A stretch of DNA of 58,066 nt, from contig WRGT01000070.1 in the NCBI GenBank assembly GCA_009787025.1, positions 1-58,066 on the forward strand, written 5' to 3'. The DNA comes from Spirochaetota bacterium. GTDB taxonomy: Bacteria > Spirochaetota > UBA4802 > UBA5550. Below the pieces are notes generated by a model that saw only the letters and a program-made list of their open reading frames with translations, was not told the origin of the DNA and searched no databases. The position numbers and the translations under genes are program-made. Positions 9,990 to 18,869 of this stretch are shown piece after piece; positions within the stretch are counted from its first letter, which is position 1; every line of letters starts with the position of its first letter.

Positions 9990-10166
9990 TCATTTTCTAA
10001 GAGCGGGAGATGGGGTTGTATTGGTCAGCCCTATGCGCCGCTGTTCAAAATATTTTTGCAATTCCTCAAATTTCATATCCTGTATTTCATTGCTTATTTG
10101 GCTGCGTTCCATACGCACAAATTCAACGGCTTTAAAACCTTCAATAATTTCATTATTCTTTTTCAT
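9990..10166 (-). CDS. hypothetical small protein (58 aa)
   Basis: Own translation: MKKNNEIIEGFKAVEFVRMERSQISNEIQDMKFEELQKYFEQRRIGLTNTTPSPALRK*. Its ATG overlaps the end of the upstream toxin-like remnant. Below the ORF-track cut-off. Confidence 0.35.
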   Translation of the reverse strand: MKKNNEIIEGFKAVEFVRMERSQISNEIQDMKFEELQKYFEQRRIGLTNTTPSPALRK

Positions 10167-10371
10167 AACTTATTATTTCCTTTGGAGAACGAATATCTAT
10201 TGCAGAATAGCCATATTTTAAATTTATGGCATTGTATCTGCGTATTCGCTTTACGTTTACAATATGCTTAAAATTCCAACTAACAAGAATATCGGCTCGA
10301 TAAACAGTAACGGGTATTCGCGGCAAGATAATATGCAGAGCAAAATGGAACGCCTTTGCCGTTAAATAAAA
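10153..10371 (-). pseudogene. C-terminal remnant of a PIN-like/toxin-like gene (no start codon)
   Basis: Open frame of 72 codons bounded upstream by TAG (10372-10374), with no ATG/GTG: ..FALHIILPRIPVTVYRADILVSWNFKHIVNVKRIRRYNAINLKYGYSAIDIRSPKEIISYEKE*. The ..ALHIA..(D)xLVSWNFKHI.. tail resembles C-termini of PIN-like proteins as I remember them. The family assignment is unverified. Confidence 0.3.
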
Positions 10372-10465
10372 CTATTTTTTGAAAGAATGGATACAATATT
10401 TGGAACATGTCCCAAAGTCATGGGAGCATGTTCCAAAATGCGCCTGACACTGCGCTGTATTTCTA

Positions 10466-11679
10466 TTACGGTTGCAATACCCCGTTCACTACCTTTATGG
10501 TGTTGTTTGTAGTTGCAAGACTACCGCTGGATGTCCAAACACCGCCAACAAATGTGCCGTGTTGGGATGTGCCGGAGGATATATATAGAGCCGCTCCGCT
10601 GCTTGCAGTATTGCGAAGGTCTATTGGCGTTGTAGGAGCATCGTTTCCATACACTGTTCCATTTGCAATACGGAAAGCACCGTCATAAACATACACACCT
10701 CCGCCCTGTCCAGAGGCTGTGTTACCGCTTATGTTTCCGCCACTCATAGTGAACTGCCGTTGTAAACATACACACCACCGACGACATAGGGGTGGTTGCC
10801 GGTGTTGCCGGATACCGAAGCGTTGCCGCTCATAGTAAAAGTGCCGTCAACAAACACACCAGCGGCGCAGGCGGATGCTGAGGTGTTGCCGGATACCGAA
10901 GCGTTGCCGCTCATAGTAAAAGTGCCGTCAACAACACACACTCCAGCGGCGGCGTAGCCGGATGATGATGAGGTGTTGCCGGATACCGAAGCATCAGCCT
11001 GCATATTGAAAGTGGCTCCTGTACCGTTTATAGTAATCAGCGGAGCAGTATTGGCAGCGTGTCCTTTAAGTTGAAGGACAGCGATATTTACAGTTTGACT
11101 TGCGCCGATGTACAGGAGACAACCGGTGTTGCCGCTGCCAAGGTTCAGTACACCACCACTGATGTTTACTTTAATACCGGTTACAGCGCCAAAGGTATTG
11201 CCGGTTGTGCCCGGCACGTTAGTTATATTGTTGCCTGAAAGTCGGATGTGATATGTCTTGTTATTGCCGCCGCTTTTGATTGTGTTGCACGCGCTTGTCC
11301 ACTCGGCGGCATCAGTAACGATAAAGATGCCTGAGACGACGCTAACAGAGAAACTTGTCCAGCTATTGTAACCTGCTGAACTCACCGTTACTGTGTAGTC
11401 TCCTTCTTCTGTCGGCGTATATTTGTCACTCACAGCGCCTGAAATTGGCGCGCCGTTCCTGTTCCATTGGAAAGTGACAATCTCGGTTCCGTCATACGTT
11501 GCGGTAAGCTCTGTACCTGTGGCAACGATACTTGAAGGGCCCACGGAAGTTGTTCCGGTTAGAGGGAGGTCTGAGCCGGTAGAATCCCCCGGGCCGCCTT
11601 CTCCGCCTCCGCCGCAAGCGGAAAATACAAATCCGATTGCCGTAATTATTGCGATAATTCCAAAAAGTTTATTTTTCAT
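10466..11679 (-). pseudogene. repeat-rich surface lipoprotein (Ig-like N-terminal domain plus GNASVSGNT beta-helix-like repeats), interrupted by a 1-nt frameshift
   Basis: ORF 10744..11679 has lipoprotein signal MKNKLFGIIAIITAIGFVFSAC. It and ORF 10466..10747 abut in different frames. The 27-aa repeat GTFTMSGNASVSGNT.. continues as (F)TMSGGNISGNT.. in the second ORF. Aligning repeat units shows one missing base near 10750-10760. Confidence 0.7.
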
Positions 11680-11897
11680 CTTAAAACTCCTGATTTAATA
11701 ATATATTAACAAATTTATCCCCTATAATTTAACAAAATTCACTCCAAAAGGTTCATAATAAATAATTATTACGCATAATATGCTTATCTTAGTCAAGAGA
11801 AAAATGGTACTGTAATGATTATTTTTTTGGAAAATATTGCATTTTTAAAGCATTTAATGGCGTTGCTTTGAATCAGAGATTATATAAACTTATTTTT

Positions 11898-12221
11898 ATG
11901 GATATAAAGACGCTTTTTGGAACAAATTTAAAACATTACCGCAAAAAACGACATCTATCACAGGAACAACTGGCTGAAAAAGTAGATATATCAGCTAAAC
12001 ATCTAAGCAAAATTGAAAGAGGAGTGACTTTTGTATCGGCAGAGCTAATTGAAAAACTGGCTGATTGTCTTGAAGTTTCTGCCGCCCAATTTTTTTGTAA
12101 AAAAAATGAAATTATATATAATGATAATTTACTAAAGAAGTTTGACGGGATAACAGAGAAACATATTATCAGAGCCATGGAAGGAATTAAAGGAGACATA
12201 AGACAAGATACTGATGATTAA
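11898..12221 (+). CDS. XRE-family helix-turn-helix transcriptional regulator
   Basis: MDIKTLFGTNLKHYRKKRHLSQEQLAEKVDISAKHLSKIERG is a canonical Cro/C1 HTH. I prefer ATG 11898 over the track start 11868. Confidence 0.8.
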   Translation: MDIKTLFGTNLKHYRKKRHLSQEQLAEKVDISAKHLSKIERGVTFVSAELIEKLADCLEVSAAQFFCKKNEIIYNDNLLKKFDGITEKHIIRAMEGIKGDIRQDTDD

Positions 12222-12247
12222 TGAAAATTAAGGCTCTGACCCCTGTA

Positions 12248-12360
12248 GCAAATTACAAATTACAATGTACAAATTACAGAGTGCAGAGTTCAAATATATG
12301 CTATTTTCATTTAATTTTTAATTTTTTATTTGTACATTGTACATTGTAATTTGTAATTTA
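12248..12360. repeat. palindromic word-repeat element (TACAAATTACAAT arms around an A/T-rich core)
   Basis: Left arm caaattacaaattacaatgtacaaattacagag and right arm tttgtacattgtacattgtaatttgtaattt are inverted. The core cagagtgca..caaatatatgctattttcatt is shared with the copy at 57143-57268. Confidence 0.8.
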
Positions 12361-12426
12361 CCCTGAACTTACTTAAAAATCAAAAGAGTTCAAAAATCAA
12401 AAGAGTTCAAAAAAAGGAAAATAAAA

Positions 12427-12987
12427 ATGAAATCTTTTTTAACAAAAGACTGTGTGTGTCCATCGTGGCTTTGCTTTACATTTGACAATCGTTTAAGAAA
12501 ACTGTTTCAAAATCCGCAAAAGATATTAGGACAATATATTAAGCAGGGAGATAAGGTACTCGATATAGGACCGGGTATGGGCTATTTTACATTTCCAATG
12601 GCAGAGATGGTCGGATATGACGGCAAGGTTACAGCTCTTGATATCCAAGAGAAGATGTTAAAGAAACTTAAAAGCAGAGTTGATAAGAAGGGAATAAAGA
12701 ATATAGATACGCAGCTATATGACGGCAATACCTTTCCTTTTAAGGGGAAGTTTGATTTAATCCTGTTATTCTGGATGTATCATGAAGTTCATAACAGAGA
12801 GGTATTTATAAGGGAGATTAAATCAGTTGTAACTGATAGAACAAAGATATTCATTGCAGAACCTAAGATTCATGTGCCTGAAAAAAATTTTTATGACAGT
12901 ATTCAATTACTGCTTGATGGCGGTTTTCATGTTATTGACAGACCGAATGTCTTTTTCAGCAGAGCCGTAGTTTTAATGAAAGAATAA
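12427..12987 (+). CDS. class I SAM-dependent methyltransferase
   Basis: 186 aa. Motif I VLDIGPGMGYFT, followed by the acidic loop VTALDIQ. Confidence 0.75.
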   Translation: MKSFLTKDCVCPSWLCFTFDNRLRKLFQNPQKILGQYIKQGDKVLDIGPGMGYFTFPMAEMVGYDGKVTALDIQEKMLKKLKSRVDKKGIKNIDTQLYDGNTFPFKGKFDLILLFWMYHEVHNREVFIREIKSVVTDRTKIFIAEPKIHVPEKNFYDSIQLLLDGGFHVIDRPNVFFSRAVVLMKE

Positions 12988-13023
12988 TTATTTATCGGCT
13001 AAGGTATTTTTTTTGCGAGAGTT

Positions 13024-13536
13024 TTATCTTTTAAGCATAAAGTCTTTTAGCTCTTTAAGTGGGATTCTCGGAGCTGTGAAAAATTCTTCGTCTATCTCTT
13101 TTTGAAAAATTATATTTATTGAAGCTATTGCATTATTTACATTTTCAAGATCAAGAATATATTCGGAATCTATTGATTTTATATCTTTAAAATTTTCAGG
13201 ACACATGTCGGCTCTCCCTTCTACAAATACAGGATATCCGTGTGTTCTGCATATTACCGGTCTTGCAGAATAAATGGTGCAGATTTTATCTTTAAGGAAG
13301 ACGCAGGTTTCTTCTTTTTCATTAGACGTATATGATTCGCATATTATGTTCATATCAATTGGAGAGGAATAGATTATGTAAGCCTCTATTGGGAAAACGC
13401 TTTCAAGCATACAGCAATAGTCGCAGCCTTTTTTGCAATTTATGGATTCGCCGTGTCTTTGAAGTAACTTCATTTCATAATAGTTTAATTTTTCTATCAA
13501 AGAATTATACAGTGTTATTGATTTCATCTCTTTCAT
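13024..13536 (-). CDS. YkgJ-family cysteine-cluster (Fe-S/zinc) protein
   Basis: 170 aa. Has the CKKGCDYCC motif and downstream conserved Cys residues (CVFL..KICTIY..RPVICRTHG), typical of the UPF0153/YkgJ family. Confidence 0.65.
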   Translation of the reverse strand: MKEMKSITLYNSLIEKLNYYEMKLLQRHGESINCKKGCDYCCMLESVFPIEAYIIYSSPIDMNIICESYTSNEKEETCVFLKDKICTIYSARPVICRTHGYPVFVEGRADMCPENFKDIKSIDSEYILDLENVNNAIASINIIFQKEIDEEFFTAPRIPLKELKDFMLKR

Positions 13537-13645
13537 AAAATTCGTGTTATCTGTTTTTCATGTTGAAAATAAATAGCTATATCTTATCTGTTGGATATGT
13601 TTGTAAACAGAAAAATATAATAATTACATTGAGTAATGGTGACAG

Positions 13646-14431
13646 ATGAAAATAATAAGAATTATACCTATCATATTCGCTGTAGTAATAATTGCTTCGA
13701 CAGCTGATACAATTTCATTTAAAAAGCACAATGCAATTTTAAATAAGGCGATTAGCCTGTATAATGGACTTAACAGTTCAAATATTAAATGGGATGTTAT
13801 AGGTAAATCTAATTTGAATAAAAGAATTTACTCCAAGCAATTCGGTTCGGGAGATAAACTGACATTAATTATTGGCGGAGTACACGGAGATGAACCTGTC
13901 GGATTTATATCAGCCCTAAAACTTGCTCAATTTATAAAAAGAAATCCTGCAGCAATTCATAATCGTGTAATTATTGTACCATGTATCAATCCTGACGGAT
14001 TATCAAGAGGAACCAGAGTAAATGCCCGCGGGGTTGACATAAACAGAAATTTTCCGGGTCCGACATGGTCGGCTGATTTCATTAAGAGCTACAATAATTC
14101 GGGCAAGTATCCCGCATCTGAGCCTGAGACTGCTGCATTAATAAAACTCATGGAACAATATAAACCTGATATGATAATACAGATGCATCAGCCGTTTAAT
14201 GCGCTGTATCCGTCACCAAATACTCCTGCCGAATTAATGAATAAGATGTCATCTCTATCCGAATTAGAGGTGATTGACGATATAGGATATCCAACGCCCG
14301 GTTCTTTAGGAAACTATAGAGTATCGCAAGATTATGAAGTAATAGGTATAACCTTTGAACTCTGCGCTATAGATATTGAGCCTGAATATCATAAAATTAC
14401 CGCTGCCCTTGTCGCTGCTATAAATTATTAG
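13646..14431 (+). CDS. secreted M14-family zinc carboxypeptidase (MpaA / succinylglutamate desuccinylase-like)
   Basis: Signal peptide, then GGVHGDEPVG (HxxE zinc site), INPDG and RGVDINRNFP blocks. Confidence 0.75.
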   Translation: MKIIRIIPIIFAVVIIASTADTISFKKHNAILNKAISLYNGLNSSNIKWDVIGKSNLNKRIYSKQFGSGDKLTLIIGGVHGDEPVGFISALKLAQFIKRNPAAIHNRVIIVPCINPDGLSRGTRVNARGVDINRNFPGPTWSADFIKSYNNSGKYPASEPETAALIKLMEQYKPDMIIQMHQPFNALYPSPNTPAELMNKMSSLSELEVIDDIGYPTPGSLGNYRVSQDYEVIGITFELCAIDIEPEYHKITAALVAAINY

Positions 14432-14455
14432 GAGTAATCTCAAATCTATTATTTT

Positions 14456-15799
14456 TTATGCAATTTTATTACTCCTTACCCAGATATTCATATTATTGGC
14501 TTGCTTAATAAGATCATCTCTAAAATTAGGATGAGCTATACTTATTAAACCTTCAGCTCTCTCCCAAGTAGATTTCCCTTTAAGCATAACAATTCCATAT
14601 TCGGTAGCAACATAGTGAACAATAGACCTTGGCGTTGTAACAACGCTGCCCGGTACAAGCGTAGGTACAATTCTCGATTTTATATTGCCGTTCTTATCTG
14701 TGAAAGTAGAACTCAATGCTATAATACCTTTGCCTCCTTTTGAAGCGAATGCACCAAATATAAAATCCAATTGTCCGCCTGTACCTGATATATGTCTTGG
14801 TCCATCAGACTCTGATGCTACCTGGCTAAACAGGTCAACCTCTAATGCATTGTTAATAGATATTACCTTAGAATTAAGAGCTATAATGCGAGGATCATTT
14901 ATATAATTCACAGGATAAGAAGCGCATGTAGGATTATTATGGAGAAAGTCATATAATTTTTTTGTACCAAGGGCAAAGGTGTATGCCAGCTTGTAACGAT
15001 CTATCTGCTTTTTGCTTCCTGTAGCTTTCCCCGCTTCATAAAGCTCTATACATGCATCTGTCAACATTTCAGAATGGATTCCTAAGTCTTTTAAATCGCT
15101 TTCGGTAATCAATGTACCGACAATGTTTGGTAATGCGCCAATACCAAACTGCAGAGTTGAGCCGTCCTCAATTTCATTCAGAATAATTTTTGCTATAGCT
15201 CTATCAACTTCTTGTATTTTCCCTTTTGGGACTTGTGCCAATGGTGAATTTTTACCTTCAATGATATGATCTATTTTTGAAATATGTATGGACTCAAAAT
15301 TCCCGCCACAACAATATGGGACATTTTCATTTATCTCTACTATGATTTTTTTAGACTTAAGCAGGTTAGCTCCGCACATTGAGTTTGATATTCCAAAGTT
15401 AAAATACCCATTACTATCCATAGGAGTTGTTGTTACAACTGATATATCATGGGATAAATATTTTTTAACAACTCTTGGAGCTTGATGATAAGTAAAAGGT
15501 ATATAACTGGCAAGGTCCATTGTATGGAGTTTTCTTGAAGCGCCTCCAAAATGCCAGTCATTGTATCTAACATGTTTCTTTTCCGGATCAATAGTAGCAA
15601 CTAAAGGAGCCTTCGTAACGCATGTGCTTGCTACATAAATATCCGACAGCTCGGTAATCCTTGAAGCTAATGCTTCATCAAAAGCCTCAGGGAAAATAGC
15701 GAATTCGCTATAATAAATCCTATCTCCTGATTTTACGAATTTTGCAGCTTCACTTGCTGTTATTAATTTTGATTTATACTCTTCTAAAAAAGTTTTCAT
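14456..15799 (-). CDS. acetyl-CoA hydrolase/transferase family protein (butyryl-CoA:acetate or 4-hydroxybutyrate CoA-transferase-like), paralogue 1
   Basis: 447 aa. Has the [13 protein letters not shown] signature and family-typical length. GGAGG SD 5 nt upstream of the ATG. Confidence 0.85.
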   Translation of the reverse strand: MKTFLEEYKSKLITASEAAKFVKSGDRIYYSEFAIFPEAFDEALASRITELSDIYVASTCVTKAPLVATIDPEKKHVRYNDWHFGGASRKLHTMDLASYIPFTYHQAPRVVKKYLSHDISVVTTTPMDSNGYFNFGISNSMCGANLLKSKKIIVEINENVPYCCGGNFESIHISKIDHIIEGKNSPLAQVPKGKIQEVDRAIAKIILNEIEDGSTLQFGIGALPNIVGTLITESDLKDLGIHSEMLTDACIELYEAGKATGSKKQIDRYKLAYTFALGTKKLYDFLHNNPTCASYPVNYINDPRIIALNSKVISINNALEVDLFSQVASESDGPRHISGTGGQLDFIFGAFASKGGKGIIALSSTFTDKNGNIKSRIVPTLVPGSVVTTPRSIVHYVATEYGIVMLKGKSTWERAEGLISIAHPNFRDDLIKQANNMNIWVRSNKIA

Positions 15800-16113
15800 A
15801 GAATCCTCCTTACTCTTCTAAAAAAGTTTTCATAGAATCTCCTTTCATTTTTATTGTGTAGAAATCAGATAATTAGTTACATAATTTTTAGAAAATTTTA
15901 GTATAAATTTTAATAAAGAATGGAATACTAAATAAAAATATCTGAGGTTTATAAAAATTATGACAACAAGTAATAAAGATTTGCTTTCCAAAATACTTGC
16001 AGCAAGAATGATGAGCTGTATAAATGAATATGAAAAGATAAAAAATAAGACAACTACCGGATTCAAAACAGTGAAGGAGCTTTGTCTCTATAACCGGTTC
16101 TCTCATCAGAACT

Positions 16114-17457
16114 TTATGAAATTTTATTACTCCTTACCCAAAGGTTCATCTGATTGGCTTCCTTAACAAGTTCGTCTCTAAAATCGGGATGAGCTATACT
16201 TATTAAATCTTCAGCCCTCTCCCATGTGGATTTCCCTTTAAGCATAACAATCCCATATTCGGTAGCAACATAGTGAACAATAGACCTTGGCGTTGTAACA
16301 ACGCTGCCCGGTACAAGCGTAGGTACAATTCTCGATTTTACATTTCCATCCTTATCGGTGTATGTAGAATTCAAAGCTATAATACCCTTTCCGCCGGTTG
16401 AATTGAATGCGCCGAATATAAAATCTACTTGTCCGCCTGTACCGGATATATGTCTTGTTCCGACACTTTCCGATGATACCTGACTAAACAGATCTATTTC
16501 TATGGCATTATTGATAGCTATTACCTTAGGATTGAGGGCTATGATGCGGGGATCATTTATGTAATTCACAGGATAAGAGGCACATGTGGGATTGTAATGA
16601 AGAAAATCATATAATTTTTTTGTCCCAAGAGCAAAGGTGTATGTCATCTTGAAATGATCTATCTTTTTTTTGCTCCCTGTAAATTTTCCTGCTTCATAAA
16701 GATCTACGCATGAATCTGTTAACATTTCGGAATGAAATCCCAGGTCTTTTAAATCACTTTCAGCTATAAACTCTCCTACGGTATTTGGCAATCCGCCGAT
16801 GCCGAATTGCAGCGTTGCGCCGTCTTCAATTTCATTCATGATGATTTTTGCTATGGCAACATCAACATCTTCTATCTTTGCATTTGGGACTTGCACTAAC
16901 GGTGAATTTTTTCCTTCAATGATATGATCTACTTGTGAAATATGTATAGACTCAAAATTACCGCCAAGGCAGTATGGGACATTTTCATTTATCTCTACTA
17001 TTATTTTTTTAGCCTTACTCATTGCAGCTCCGCATACTGAGTTTGATATTCCAAAGTTAAAATAGCCGTTATTGTCTATAGGCGCGGTAGTTACAATTGC
17101 TACGTCTACTGATAAATATTTTCTAAGAATTCTTGCGCCTTGATGATATGTAATCGGCACATAACTGGCAAGTCCCATTGTATGGAGTTTTCTTGAAGCC
17201 GGACCAAAATGCCAGTCATGGAATCTGACATGTTTCTTTTCAGTATCCTTAACAACAACTGCGGGAGCTTTCACAGAGGCTGTAGTTGCTAAATAAATAT
17301 CCGACAGCTCTGTAATCCTTGAAGCCAATGCTTCGTCAAATGCCTCAGGGGCAAGAGCAAATTCGCTGTAAAAAACTTTATCACCTGATTTTACTGCCCT
17401 TGCCGCTTCGTCCGCCGTTATTAATTTTGATTTATACTCGTCTAAAAAAGTTTTCAT
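16114..17457 (-). CDS. acetyl-CoA hydrolase/transferase family protein, paralogue 2
   Basis: About four fifths identical by eye to 14456..15799 over the full length ([13 protein letters not shown]). I prefer ATG 17457 ([17 protein letters not shown]) over the track start 17472. Confidence 0.85.
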   Translation of the reverse strand: MKTFLDEYKSKLITADEAARAVKSGDKVFYSEFALAPEAFDEALASRITELSDIYLATTASVKAPAVVVKDTEKKHVRFHDWHFGPASRKLHTMGLASYVPITYHQGARILRKYLSVDVAIVTTAPIDNNGYFNFGISNSVCGAAMSKAKKIIVEINENVPYCLGGNFESIHISQVDHIIEGKNSPLVQVPNAKIEDVDVAIAKIIMNEIEDGATLQFGIGGLPNTVGEFIAESDLKDLGFHSEMLTDSCVDLYEAGKFTGSKKKIDHFKMTYTFALGTKKLYDFLHYNPTCASYPVNYINDPRIIALNPKVIAINNAIEIDLFSQVSSESVGTRHISGTGGQVDFIFGAFNSTGGKGIIALNSTYTDKDGNVKSRIVPTLVPGSVVTTPRSIVHYVATEYGIVMLKGKSTWERAEDLISIAHPDFRDELVKEANQMNLWVRSNKIS

Positions 17458-17551
17458 AAAATAACCTCTCATTTTTTATAAATTTTTATTTAAGTAATAT
17501 TCGTCTGTTATTTAAAATCACTTTCGCGAACAACTTCACTTTAAACAGATT

Positions 17552-18106
17552 TTATCCCTTCATCAATTCAATATAAAGTCTCCCCGGTCCTCCCTGCGGT
17601 TTAATAATTTTATTAATAAGAAGCATAAAATCCATATATAAAATAGTAATCGTAGAAGCGTATGATTCTAACAGATAGATTCTATATATTGTACTCATAA
17701 GCGTATCATTTAATTTAATTATTATATTATCGGTATTGCGGAAATTTCTTGCGCATTGATAAAATACGGTTCCGCATGTATTCAGCGATGTTTTATCTCC
17801 CAAAAAAGATCTCCATAAGGCTTTGCCTCCCTTCCCTGATTGAAGATCAAGCGGGAGCTGCTTTGTAACAGACCAGAATAGAGCTTGAGATAATTCGCGG
17901 CTTTTTTCACTCACAGTAGAATCTTTAACAAGAGATGACAAATGGAATTTGTGATATTCAATAGAACTTCTCAATATTTTTCTCCATTTTGAAATTCTTA
18001 TCTTCCGGTAGAGAATAAGCAAAATTAGTATAACTGTTATAACAATATAGAAAGAGGGTATATTTTTAAGATAGTAAAGCAGGTTATCCATAAATTCTAT
18101 CATCAA
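17552..18106 (-). CDS. hypothetical membrane protein (one N-terminal TM helix)
   Basis: 184-aa ORF whose start overlaps the stop of the upstream ORF (ATGA, operon-like). No recognisable domain. Confidence 0.5.
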   Translation of the reverse strand: MMIEFMDNLLYYLKNIPSFYIVITVILILLILYRKIRISKWRKILRSSIEYHKFHLSSLVKDSTVSEKSRELSQALFWSVTKQLPLDLQSGKGGKALWRSFLGDKTSLNTCGTVFYQCARNFRNTDNIIIKLNDTLMSTIYRIYLLESYASTITILYMDFMLLINKIIKPQGGPGRLYIELMKG

Positions 18107-18804
18107 TTAATATTATCCATCTTTAATAATGTGTTATGCAAATCATCCATAGCCTTTTTGATATTTTTATCTTCGCTTAATATTTTTATTTTGAAAAAAG
18201 CTTCTTTTAATCTTGGCTCAAGCGCTTCGAGCATGTCCGATTCGTTTTTTAGTTCATCCGGCGGGTCTATATTAAAATTTTTAAGCTCGGGATATTTATC
18301 GTTTATTCTTTTCATTTCAGGTATCAGGCTGCCCAAAGAGGATGAAAATTCTTTCATGGCAGTTGATATTATGAGCGGATCGTCATTTGATTCGATTTTT
18401 AAGATGAAGTCTTGATAAAGCTTTATGAGTTCTGCAAGAATTCTTTCCGCATCTTTATATTTTATATTGCTGTTCATTGAATCTAAATAGTAAACATCCT
18501 CTCCATACTTTATTGCATCGCTGTTTTTATTCACCGCTGCGCATTTAAGATACTTCCCGTCCGAATCATTTATTTTTAAAACAATATGTTTATCCCCTCT
18601 TTTTATTGCAAGGAGAGCGCCGGTTTTCAGCATGTATTTTTTATCGGTAGAGTTTACTGTAACAATCCATTCCGAACCGTTTTTATTACTGAACTCGGTT
18701 TTGCCTATAATAAATTCATCTTTAGAATCCTTTCCATACAAAGCGCTTAGCAAGAAAGATAGAATGAAAGATAGAATGAAAATTCCTGTTATTATTTTTT
18801 TCAT
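18103..18804 (-). CDS. hypothetical secreted protein
   Basis: Signal peptide MKKIITGIFILSFILSFLLSALYG. I prefer ATG 18804 over the track start 18831. No recognisable domain. Confidence 0.5.
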   Translation of the reverse strand: MKKIITGIFILSFILSFLLSALYGKDSKDEFIIGKTEFSNKNGSEWIVTVNSTDKKYMLKTGALLAIKRGDKHIVLKINDSDGKYLKCAAVNKNSDAIKYGEDVYYLDSMNSNIKYKDAERILAELIKLYQDFILKIESNDDPLIISTAMKEFSSSLGSLIPEMKRINDKYPELKNFNIDPPDELKNESDMLEALEPRLKEAFFKIKILSEDKNIKKAMDDLHNTLLKMDNIN

Positions 18805-18827
18805 GTTATACCTGTAAGTTCGGTGAT

Positions 18828-18869
18828 ACAATGTTCAACGCACAATGTTCAACGCACAATGTTCAATGC
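18828..18869. repeat. 3 x 14-nt tandem repeat (ACAATGTTCAACGC)
   Basis: Units at 18828-18841, 18842-18855 and 18856-18869 (the last has one change). They lie 24 nt upstream of the minus-strand start at 18804. Confidence 0.9.

Noticed and set aside
10021-10688. Plus-strand ORFs 10021..10221, 10056..10271 and 10407..10688.
   Set aside because: They are antisense to the small ORF, the toxin remnant and the C-terminal part of the surface lipoprotein. The translations are low complexity.
10740-11000. Diversity-generating retroelement or retron to explain the near-identical repeats in the surface lipoprotein.
   Set aside because: There is no reverse transcriptase gene and no template/variable repeat pair with adenine-specific mismatches. 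The repeats are in-gene tandem units.
15851-16106. Minus-strand ORFs 15851..16066 and 15888..16106 in the spacer between the CoA-transferase genes.
   Set aside because: They are A/T-rich, low-complexity, overlapping reading frames with no SD. This is more likely promoter or spacer DNA for paralogue 1.
18828-18869. Possible CRISPR array, considering the tandem repeats here and at 12375-12408, 15778-15845 and 22005-22049.
   Set aside because: The units are contiguous with no spacers, are only 14-34 nt long and number 2-3 copies. No cas genes are in the window.
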